A DNA stretch of 64,000 nt from Phoronis australis (lineage: Eukaryota > Animalia > Phoronida), in the NCBI GenBank assembly GCA_002633005.1, contig NMRA01000195.1, positions 65,951-129,950 on the forward strand, read 5' to 3'. Made by a program: the position numbers and the translations under genes. The notes under the pieces were generated by a model. The model searched no databases and was not told where the DNA came from. It worked only from the letters and a program-made list of their open reading frames with translations. Positions within the stretch are counted from its first letter, which is position 1, and each line of letters starts with the position of its first letter. Positions 38,795 to 50,563 of the stretch are shown piece by piece.

Positions 38795-41713
38795 AATAAA
38801 ACATGGGATAACTGTATTGAAAACCGGGACACTTGGGCATAAGCCAGTTTCTCAATAACTGCATGGTAACATTTGGCACCTGTACGAAGTCCTCGGAAAA
38901 CCCTGCATCATGTGCCGTCCACTCCATAGTAAGAACATGTACAGTATGCCAATTTTCACAATCATCCTCAGAGTGGTTTGGTTGAGAGAGGGGTGGACGC
39001 AAACATAGTCGAAAAGTGTAAACATGGCCAAACTACATCGGATTCAAACGAAAACGGGAGGACAGCGTGACTTCACTAATAGATGCCTATATGCCAAATT
39101 TTAAGAACATCTGTGCACCTTTCAAGATACAGACGTAAATGTAAAACAATTAAATCGTCACTAGGCGCAAAATTGCCACTAGGAGGCGCCACAGAAGTGG
39201 AAGTCCTCAGAAAATCATCGGCAGCCGTCCTATTCATAGTAAGAACATATATTTGTCAATTTTCACAACTGAAATTATCATCTTAAGAGGGTTTTGGTTG
39301 ATAGCGGGGTCGACGCCAACACAGACGTGAAAAGAGTAAAAACGACCACTAGGTGGGGCAAACCTCGGGGAGATAGCGTTATCTCACTAATAGATGCCTA
39401 TATGTCAGATTCTATGAGAATACGTTGGGGACATTTGAAGATACAGAGGTAAACCTAAACAAATTAAAGCTGCCACTAGGGGGCACAGCGGTAGTCAGAT
39501 CCGTTTGAAAGTTCGCTCATGCCGTCCCCTCCACTAAAGGAACACGTGTGCAAAATTCCATGACTAGAGCAGCGGACGCCGGACGGATTCCTTTTCCCCT
39601 CCATTTGTCAGTGCAGTTTCGGATCTAGGAGAACATAAGGGGTGTGCCCAATATGTTGCCTCGGCGAATTGGGCAAAGCACGGATGTAAGCACAGGCGGC
39701 CCGAAACTTGCGGGTGCTAAGGATGTGCACTTCCTATTTGCAAAACCTATTGTCAGACTAAAAAAACACAAGAACAACATGGAGCATTCAAATGCACCCA
39801 CGAATGCACTGCCAACGGTGTGCTTCTAGGGTGTTCATTTGAATCATCCAGATGGCCAATGGGAAAATGTCACCGTTTCTTAACAAAAAGCTATTTTCTA
39901 CATTTCGTGAAAATACTTCAAGAAACTTTAGAGAAACAGAGCAAACCGGAAACAAGAGCAAAACGGAAGGTTTGAAAATGTGCCCACGAATGCACCACAT
40001 GCTTCTAGGGTTGTTTACTTGGGCCCCCTATATTAAATATTAATATAGGGGGCCCGCTCACCGGCCGCCTCTCGGCGAGGGCCCCTATATTAATATAGGG
40101 GCCGCGCTTTTTAGGCCCAAAATTCAATTTTCTGCCTATGCCATTTTAATAAGAATAAGTCATTTTAAATAATAATCTGTTTAAAATATCACTAGCATGC
40201 TCCACAGTAATAGTCAACCGCCCTCTTGACAAAGAGAACATAAACGCCATTTTTCAAAACCATCCATAGAATAGTTCGGTTGATCGAGGTGTGGACGCCA
40301 AAAAACAGACCCGAAAACAGGAAAAATGGCCACTACGTGGAACAAAGTACCCGATTCTTTCCGAAAATGGGAGGATAGCATCATCTCACCAATAGATGCC
40401 TATATTTCAAATTTTCTGAAAACTTGTTGAGGACTTTGAAGAAACAAAGGTAAACCTAAAAATCTAAAATTGCCACTAGGGGCACACTGTTAGTCAGATC
40501 CGTCCGAAAGTTGTTGTCGTCCATTAAGAACATAATATAAACATTATTAAGACACTTCCTAAATTTAGCAAAGATCCTGCAAACGGTTTAGGTGATACAG
40601 CCATAGACGCAAAAAACTGCTAATAAGAGGCGCCACAGTAGTCGAAGTCGTCGTAAAGTCATCGTCAGCTTCGTAGTAAGAACATACACGCCAATTTTCA
40701 CAATCATCCTTAGAGCCGTTTGGGATGGAAGGCCAAAAACAGACTAAAAACAATAAACATTACCAGTAGGTGAGGAAACTACGTTGACTCCATCTGAAAA
40801 TGGGACGATAGCGTCCCCTCACTAAGAGATACCTATGCACCAAATTTTATGATATGTTGAGGACCTTTGAAGACATACAGGTAATTGTAAACAATTATAA
40901 TTGCCACTAGCTGACACACCGATAGTCAGATATATCCGAAAGTTCGCTCATGCATCCATATCCATGAGAGCAACATAGGTGCCAAGTTTCACGAATGTAT
41001 GTCAAAGGGTTCTTCAGATAGAGCAGCGGATGCCGGACGGAGATGACGGCATAATGGGTCCATCACTGTAAATGTGTGGGATCATAAAAATGAAATTGCC
41101 ACTAGGGGAGAAAGCGCTTGTTGGATCCGCCTGAAAGTTGTCGTCTACCGATGTCAACGTCATACAAGTACACTTATGTGTACTAAATTTAATGGAGATT
41201 CTGCATACGGCTTAGTAGATACAACTAATGGCACAAAAACTTCAAAACTGCCACTAGGAGGCACCACAGTAGTGGAAGACGTCAGAAAATCATTGTCAGC
41301 CGTTCTCTATATAGTAAAACATACGTGACTATTTCCACAATCATCCTTAAAGCGGTTTGCTTGATAGAGGTGTGGACGCCAAAAACAGATTCGAAAACAG
41401 CAAAAATGGCCACTAGGTGGAATAACTACGTCAAATCCATCCTTAAACGGTAGGATAGTGTCATCCACAATAGGTAGTCGTAGACGGATCCGTCAAAAGT
41501 TCGCTCATGCTCTCTCATCCTTGAAAGAAACACGGGCAAAATTTCATAAACATACGTCAAAGGGTTTTGGAGATAGAGCAGCAGACGTCGGACGGATGCC
41601 AAACGAATGGCGGACGGAAGTCGCCCGGACGTACACTGTACGCCGGATGGCTGCCGGACGGACGCCGGACGGGGATGACGGCATCATATGTCCAAATATG
41701 TGGGCACATAAAA
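38795..41713 (-). mobile_element. Helentron/HINE-like element(s) with ~0.3 kb internal repeats, interrupted at ~39600-40250
   Basis: Minus-strand heads TTTTTATG..CCCAC with GTCC microsatellite at ~41713 and ~41090; repeated GCCACTAGG(A/G)GGC and TCACTAATAGATGCCTAT units; degenerate terminal hairpin near 38810-38830. Confidence 0.6.
40021..40103. repeat. Two adjacent palindromes GGCCCCTATATTA..TAATATAGGGGCC
   Basis: 35-nt hairpin at 40021-40055 and perfect 24-nt palindrome at 40080-40103. Confidence 0.95.
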
Positions 41714-41777
41714 AGGACATTTTGAAAACTGATTTTGAGATCTGCTCTATGTGAAACGAAATTTGGCCATGCTGATA

Positions 41778-41848
41778 CATGGGCGGAGCAGCACTGAAAA
41801 AAGTGGGGGCCTATAGTCCCCCCAGGCGTCTATGGTGCGCCGCCCATG
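41778..41848. mobile_element. 71-bp micro-MITE with 5-bp TSD
   Basis: TIR CATGGGCGG(A)GCA / TGCGCCGCCCATG; TGATA on both sides (41773-41777, 41849-41853). Confidence 0.7.
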
Positions 41849-42117
41849 TGATAATGCCTATCTTTCCAGCAACAATGCTTCTTTGCTAATTTTTAGTAAA
41901 CGAAAACAAGTTCACGTGAAGGCAGATTTGTGTTGAGCAGGATGATATTTTTTCACAATTGATCGAAATGTTCTCTGATTGTACGTCCGTCACAAATGGA
42001 ATTGCCCAAAGGAATAAATGGTTCATAAATGCTGTCTACATACAAAGATACTTTCCGATACTTGATCATATAAAATTATGGACCAGAAACAGTGCTACAG
42101 CAGGCGGTTACTCAAAT

Positions 42118-43305
42118 TATTCATTATCGCCACCATCATCGTCATATTCGTCCTCTTCGTCATCATCTCTATCGTCGTCTTTTCTGTTAATTTCGGCAAG
42201 TGTCGCTCCTCGGAGCGCTTTCATTTATTTGTTTCTTCGCACTCTACAGGTCGCATTTTTTGATTGATTTTCACAAAATTTGTCTACAACTTGTATCTCC
42301 GGAAGAACTCAGGAAGCCTGTTGTTTTTCGTCAAAATCGGATCCAATATGGCGGATGTGGGGGCCATTTTGTCTTCATTTCAAGGTTCAAATGCTTCTGG
42401 AGGCTACAATTTTTTACGTACATTTAGGCTAAGAATCGGCACAGCAAATGGACCGGGTGTGTTCTACTACAAATATTCCGGAAATTGTTTACTTACGCTT
42501 AAATGTGGAGGAAATATCGGCGATCGTGCATGCGCACCTCGATTTTGGCCTAAAAACGTTTTCTCCTGTAGAGGGCGCATTATAGGGCCAATTCCTTTGA
42601 ATTTTCGCAGGTATTAGTTTCTTATGACATGCTATTATACAGAGCCAAAAAAATAGAAGTTGTTTTCAAGATGGCGGATTTGGCACATGTTGACCCACTT
42701 TCAGTCGTGCTGGAGTGCCATTTTAAACGGGACGAGCAAAAGATGTTATTTTTTGCATGTGGATTCTTTGAGGTATACTCTTTCGAGTGACCTGTAACAA
42801 TTTTTTTCTCATACTTACCGTTTTAGAGTTTAGATAGAGTTTTGTACGGGCTTTCAGATGTTTTTCATTTTTCGCTAGGACATCTACTTTTCGAATTATT
42901 TGAGATTTTCTAAGAGCGCTGTTCCTTTGTTGAGCGCTCTTGCTGCATTGATGTTGGTTTAGGTTCTATTGAACAATAGTATAGCCTATTTCTTGCTGAT
43001 TTATGACATCTAAGTGCTTCATATGAATGTTATGATGTTGTTCAGCATCATCCTCATCGTCATCATATTCTTTATCTTTGTCATCATCTCCGTTGTCGTC
43101 TTTTCAGTTAATTTCGCGTTCAAGACTGTAGCCTATACTAACTGATGTCTGGCCTCTACGTTCGTCTTGTGAATGTTATCATTACTTGAATTGTTCATCA
43201 TCGCCACCATCATCGTCACATTCGTCCTCTTCATCATCATCTCTATCGTAGTCTTTCCTGTTTATTTCACCAAGCGTCGCTCCTCGGAGCGCTTTCATTT
43301 TTGTT
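42118..43305 (+). repeat. Element bounded by ~110-bp direct repeats with TCA/TCG-rich tract and CGCTCCTCGGAGCG hairpin (Helentron-like)
   Basis: Copies at ~42118-42230 and ~43193-43305; partial copy at ~43040-43115. Confidence 0.6.
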
Positions 43306-44830
43306 TGTCGAATCATTCACCGCATTGGATTTTTTTCTATTTTACATTTTAGAAGGCCAGTAAAGCTGGTGCCAATTTGCTCAGTGTTAATTACGAACTG
43401 TACTCACAAATGACAAGGTAATTGGTCACGTCAGGCTGGTACATGTACTTTGCATGAATTTCAAGATATGGCGATAAAGATATTTGTGGATCAAGAAAAT
43501 TTCTTTCTCTAATTTATTACCTACACGGGTACTGTTGCTGAAATTTACCGTACCTTCGTGATGAGTGAGGAGTGACCTCAGTAGCCGAGCGTTGGCTATG
43601 GGAGACTTTGCAACAGTACTTCACAAACGCATGATTATGCATTAAAAATACAATCTGTCTTATGCAAAGAACAGGTACAATTTGGACGGTAAATGATCAA
43701 GTCTGTACAAAAAGAACCAAAATGGGAATCAAAAACAACCAGACAACGTAACAACGCATTTACGCCTCACCGTGATGTCAATGCATTTTCAAGAACAACA
43801 TAACTGGCATTCAGGAATCGTTCCTGAACTGACAAACAGGAACTCAGGTCATGGAAATAGGCAGGCATAGTCAATAATTTTCGGATCTCGGCCGAGGTAC
43901 AAAATTAATCAAAAAATGGCCTTTAGTTTGATAACAGAAAGGATGTGAACAACATTCCATGTTACATATTGCTTAATTTTTTTTAACTAGAATGCCCTTT
44001 GAGATAAGAACGTTAATCATTTAAAGGTTTTGAGGTGTGAAATACATTTTATCTTCTGCATGTCTGGAAACTAAAATATGACCTAATATTGTTTGTATTG
44101 GCTGAAAAACTGCAATTTCATGGGTGTGACGGACGTATAAGACGGACGTACAAATTGGCCGAAGGTTTGTTACACAATTTCTGACTTAACTGATAATCCC
44201 TGGGATCGAAAATTTCATCAATAGTATTGAGCACCAAGTTAAAAGAGAATCTGGAATTATTTTAATTTTGATAGAAAAAGTTTAACATAACTTAACTGTT
44301 CAACACTTTTTGAGATGCATGTATGATATCAAGGAGTTGACCTTTAACCCTAAGAGGTCGATGATGTGCCAAAGGAGAAATGTTAGTTTTTATAAAGTTT
44401 GGGGTTCACGTGATTGCACAAACTTGATAGTTCAGTTAAATACCCGTAATTAGCAACACTCATGAAAATCGAGGTAATCCTTTAGGGTCAAGTGACCTCC
44501 AAAAATGGATCCATTTAGGCAAAAATTAAAGTTATAGGACAGTCAAGTATGAGTCGTGAATCTGGAGAGAACGGGCTTTGAGATGAGACCAGAAATGTTA
44601 GTGTAGCCGCAATTTTAATTGTATTTCTCGAAGTTGACCTATTCACGGAATTGCCCTTAAAGGGAGACAGGGCGGTGTATTATCAAAATCTGCAAATGTT
44701 GATGGATTTCAATAAAAATCAGCAGGGATGTTGTTTTAGATCACAAAAAAATAATTTTGAGAAAAAAATAGTCGGTTGCCATGGCAACGCCAAAATTATG
44801 TAATATTGGTACATCCACGAGAAACGTTAA

Positions 44831-47800
44831 ACAGCACACATCACGAATTTTTGGCCGACCGGTCGTCTAGCCGACCACCAGCCGACCAACAACGGTCGGC
44901 TAGGAGCCGTCTGCTTAGTCGCCTCTGTGGTCGGCACTTGGGTCGGCTAATTGGTCGCCTAGCGTAGACGACCAATTCGGATTAAGCGTGTCCTTGGGCG
45001 GCAATTAGCATTTTATGACTTAGCGGGTGAACTTTGGACAAACAAACATTGAACTGTTCGCTGTTCGTTTAGCAGTGGCAACTCCGGTCTTGACATCGGT
45101 TTATCAAATTTTGTTCAACTATTAAATGGAGGTAAAATCGAATCAACCTACAAATACGAAGTGCGTGGCATTACACAAGCCGAATACCTTATGTTGAATT
45201 AATGACGGCGTGGTAAAATCAAACGTTAAGTGATATAGCGGAAAAATAATTTCTAACTTTAGATATCAGACTTTTTATGCAGTGCATTATGCATAAAAAC
45301 AAGCACGAAATTTGAAATTTACAGCAAAATTGCATAAAAATCAGAATACAACACTGGATATTTTACGACCTCAAATGTTTTCATGCCGCGGATTGCTCAA
45401 CAAGCAGCACGCATTTGCGCTCATCCGTTATTGCTCTTGATCATCACTTCGTCACACTGTATATTGCGCTTTACCACAGATAATTATTGTTTATTTCTGT
45501 ATAATTTCTTAATATGTTGGTACAGCAATAGAACCCAAGTTTATTTTAGGAACAATATAAACAATGGTTTGAACATAGCGCCGATATTAAATCATGGGCG
45601 CATGAAAACGGAAGACTGTGATCGGTTTATAGTGTAATCCATCATCCATCATCATTCTGAAATTGTTGTCACTTTCGCAGTAAAAATTTTTTCCAAGCTA
45701 GAGCCTTCCTATCTAGCCAGCTAGCTGTGAAGACTATTTTCAAAATACAGCAAGGTGCCACTGCGTATTGAGCTCAAACAGACCTCGAAATTTCACACAG
45801 CCCGGATAGTTACATGTACGCTTGTCACCTCGTCGAAAAGCTTGTATCAACATGAGCTCAAGACCGGCGAGTTTGCATGCAAACTCTGGAAGCCAATTGG
45901 CATTCAAGTTGCCCGTTACGGCCGTTTAAACGAAAAACATCCGACGTCATCTTCTTGCGTAATTCTCTGCCTTTTGTAACGAAAAAACGTATGTCGTCGT
46001 TTTGAAAAGAGTTCATTCGTGACACGCGCCACTTTCAAAATGTTTTCGACATCTCCCATTATATGGTGACAACATCTCAGCAAAATTTGGTTCACTGATA
46101 TCAAAATTCCAAAAACATATAATGAAGTGAAACCAATTCTGATCATTTGTCTTGACGTTTACGCAACCTCGAGGGAGAACGTTTGATTGAAGAATCTGGG
46201 AAAAAGAAACTAACTAATAGGTGACGCAATATTTCATTGCGTCGAAAGTCGACGCAAAAGGTTATACCCTAATTTTAGCAGAAGAATAATTGTAGAAAAC
46301 CAAATTTTGCAACGCTGGTAAATAATTTAGATTATTCTAGGAAGATTTTATTCGGTCATTTTTTACCCACAACGGCGCAAATTTGTATATTTAATTTAGT
46401 AAACACCTTCGTACCAAGGCTAGAGCCTTCCGAGCCCTTTGGCGTAAGAACACAATTGTTGGCGTTTCGCGTATACTCCAGGGGGTAAAACTTTGAAAAT
46501 AATATTTTCGGGGTAACCTGGTACAGGTAATCCTAAAAAACTTGTCTGTGTTTTCATGTAGAGCGTAAAAATTATTAACCCAGTGATTCAAAAAGAACAC
46601 TCTCGCAAACGAAAACGCACAAAATTTTCAGCTCTATTACCCTGGTTAAAAAACAACTTCTATAAGTTTATTGCATCGGATTCTAGTGATCACCAGGGCA
46701 AGTCAAAACTCTTAAGGGGGCGCAATTTCAAACCTTTGGCATGAATCAGTGATATAAAAATGGAATTAGACCGACTTTAATTCATCAGCAATGTAGACAC
46801 AACAGTTACAGACACTGACTGCGTTTGTTAACGTCTTGTGGCAATGATAAAAATAAATGTTTCTACTATGATTGATAACAAGTTTTACTCTGATGAGGTA
46901 TGATGCAATATACATGTCTAATATGCAGATCGGCAGTTGCAAAAATATTTACTGGATTTAATGAATCCGTTTGATATGAACCACTGTAAAAGTATGATTA
47001 CTAATTGTACATTCGAAGCACGCCTCATTAGACTAAAAACATACACACACATGCTTGATGATCCTGGGAGTACCTCTAGGCATGAATGAAGATATATAGT
47101 TGTTAAGCCATAGAGGATAATAAGGCTTACATAATATCACACTGAGCCATCTACACCAGGCATATACAAAGGATACAGTATTTCAAAAGAATCCACAACT
47201 ACTCATTTTTCATAGCCATAACTACTCATTTTTCATAGTATTACTAAATCACGAACACCTAGATTTATATAAGAAGTTACACAGAACGCTGCTACACAAC
47301 TTGCTCTCTCACATTTATGGGAGGCCTAATTTGCAACATTTAACAACATATATTTTCTATACAAGATTAAAACCAAGCAAAACATGTTAACTCTCCAGGA
47401 CCAAAGATAAATATCTCAAAACCAGAAATTTTACTTAAGCAGGAATTAAAACAATCCAATACATTGAGATTGTTTTCACACAGAAGACCAAAAAAAAAAC
47501 AAATAAAGACTAAAATTCACCACGTCAAGACTGAAATTTATCACATCAGCACCTATAATTTATCAAGTGAGGACCAAAAATTCTTCACTTCAGGATCAAA
47601 ATAAAATACGACCGAACTGAAAATTTAATAAGCCACGTTCAAAAACTTACCACGTCAGTAACTTTACACGCCAGAACACCCCGTCACCATCCCCAAGCAT
47701 TGATCCTTCAAAGTGATAATGTTCGTACTATACGTATAAACAAGGGCTAAATGTTCAACCTCTTGCCGACAAGACATATTATCTTGGAAATGCAGTTGAA

Positions 47801-49869
47801 TTTCTTTCGTCTAATCCACGTTTTACAATAGATGCCAATGTATAGGTACACACTGGATTGCCATCATTGCATAATGGGTGACCACGTAGTCTCCGGGCAT
47901 GAAAAGAATTCTCTCCTGGCGTGATAAGTTTTCTGACGCAATAAATCCTGGTTGTCAATTGTTTTTGATTCTACAGAGATTTCAATTCCTGAATAGAAAA
48001 TGTGTGTTCTGAATTTTTCCGCTTCAGCTTTCCATTCAGCTAACTATTGCACATCACCGTGTTTTTACTATCCCGTGGCGGCTCCACTGCCGGCAACGAA
48101 TCACTTCTGGTACAACCTTCCGTAAATGACGTTCGTATTTTGCACATTTCTTCGGGGTAACAGTTTTCCAAGAGCTATATGATCAACGGACAAGTTTCTG
48201 TTTGGTATTCGGTTTTATTTTCTTTTTCAGGTAGTCCTTGAGCTCATGCTCTGAATGTTTTGAAAACGCAACTCTTTCTTTACGCAGATACGTTTTCTGC
48301 CCGTGGCACCGACTCGGTGAATTCATCAACCAAAATATTTTTTTGAAAATGCCGTCAAAAGTGTACTTTTTTAAAACACCGTTTTGACCATAGTCGTCAG
48401 TGTAGAAAAGCGAAATGAACAAATTTGTAAACACTGCTCAAAGCACTTTTGTGGACATACGGAAACGCCAACGTCTTTGTCTTACAACGCTGCGTGTGCT
48501 TGGCATTTCTGATAAAGCGTTCTCATAATGGAAACTTTTTTAAGACTGAGCACCATTTCAAAAAATTGTATTTTTTCTTACAGCTGAGCACAGAAGAATT
48601 ATTTTGTGCTTTTAGGAATGAAACGGAACCAAATCTCGAGTGGTGACTGATTAGAATTGGCAAAACTCGGGGAGGGGTGGCGTTACAAGCCAAACATGTA
48701 GTTGCCACTTCTCATTCAGCGTCACTTACTACCTGAGGTGGCCAGATCATACGCTATCAATATCACCAGACGCTTTGCTTCTCAAAAGTGCACCTTGATG
48801 TATTTTCTATCATTTTTTGCCATCGCAATCGCTTTACCAAAGATTCACGCACATATGCCGCGTAGAGACAATACCTCTTCACCACGTATTCACATCTTCC
48901 CGTTCACAATTGTTTTATTTTACATAATTTGTCAATATGTTGTTGACAGAAAGTGTTTATTTTTGGAACAACGTGAACGACCAACTGATAGGGGCCTACG
49001 TGTACATGTAACTAGCCCAGATTTTAACGTCACCGATACATGAAAACAGAATGCGCAAAGCTACAATTGGCTGTAGCCTCAACAGTGGTCATTCCGTGTT
49101 TGATGTCACCGTCATAGTTCGTGGAAATCGTAACCATAGTATGATTTCGAAGTTAGAGCCGTAGAAGTCCATGGGTTTAGGGCATACTGGACCGTGAATT
49201 TCGCCGGGTCAATACTATGAAAATAAAATCCCCGGAGTGAGAACTCTTCGCGGTGTAACAACTCACTCACTAATCCTTCATCATGGGCGCGTGATAGGAG
49301 ACCGGTGAATAACTTAAAACACGCAAAAACGATGCAGTTTGGCGTTACACAAACAAAATCAATTGTGGGCGAAGACTGCGAAAAACAGCCGCGTTTACAA
49401 AATGACTATACAGCGTTGTATTGACCGGGAAGCAACCGGTCTAATACAATTTGTTAACGTCAGGAGTCAAATTAAAGATCAAATGTAAAGAAAACTTTCA
49501 CGTTTTTCATCCAAAACTTGTTGCATTGTCCATAATCCAATGTTTACTAATGCCGCTTGCCTTCAACCTTCGAAGTAGTGGTGTTACACAACCGACGTGA
49601 ACTCATGTTACCGAGACAGCAAAACTAGGTTAATTTATTTGACCCTGTGCTAAGACGAATACGCATCGACACGCAAAGTGGTATGAGCCTGACAACCTAT
49701 TACGCAACTGCTACTCTAGCCTAACAATAGCAGCCGACCAGCTGGTCGTCTGATGGCCGGTCGGCTAAAGGGTCGGCTGTGGGGTCGCCTTATGAGTCGG
49801 CACTGCGGGCGGCTGCCGGTCGGCGACCAATTTCTGACCGGTCGGCCAAAAATTCGTGATGTGTGCTGT
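44831..49869. mobile_element. ~5 kb TIR element, CACTA/EnSpm-like, non-autonomous
   Basis: 34-bp perfect TIR ACAGCACACATCACGAATTTTTGGCCGACCGGTC; subterminal GCCGACC/GGTCGGC repeats at both ends; no clear TSD; decayed minus-strand coding scraps at 48180-48830. Confidence 0.75.
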
Positions 49870-50563
49870 AACTCATTAACTTGTTCACATATTTCTGATC
49901 TGCTTTGTCTGAATTATAATAAAAGTAAGGATCTACAAAACTACAGAAGGAAATTTAAAATTTCTTAACAGTATTTCTTATACGGTCTTGAAAATTGGAA
50001 AAAAATAATCGGGAATAATCAATTTTTCAGAAATCGTAATTTTTTTTCAGTCGATTTAAAAAAAAATTGCTTCTGTAGTTTTGTAGATAAATATGTAAAG
50101 ATAGTGCATGCCTAATTTCATAAGTTTAGCTCAAACAGTTTTTATTTACAACATTTCTTAGCCCAAAAATTCACATTTTGAGAAACCAAGAAGGAAAGTA
50201 AGCAATGCCTTTTTTCGTTATCATATAATATAAAACACAGTTTTCATGTCATTTTTAGCATAATTTAGTCAATGTTCATCCTAGCACCATAGATTTTCCT
50301 TTTTGGTCTTCCTGCTGTTTCAATTTGCTATTTTTGGTAGCCAACCTAGCTCGACGATTTCTGCTAGAACTAGTGAGGCTTTTCACGAAATTTCCGCGAT
50401 AACTCCCAATCCACTCAACAGTGTTGTAGCAACAATTTTCTGCCAAAACGCATGAAGACAATACATCATAGTCTAAGACAGGTCCGATTACAGTTCCAAC
50501 ACCGTAGCAACACAAGAAACTGGGTTTGCGGTGCCAAGTGCCAAGGACACTGCTCTAAATTCC

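Noticed and set aside
42118-43305. Acidic peptide repeats (DDDRDDDEEDEYDDD) on the minus strand
   Set aside because: Trinucleotide-rich tract inside a repeated element; no extended ORF or splice structure.
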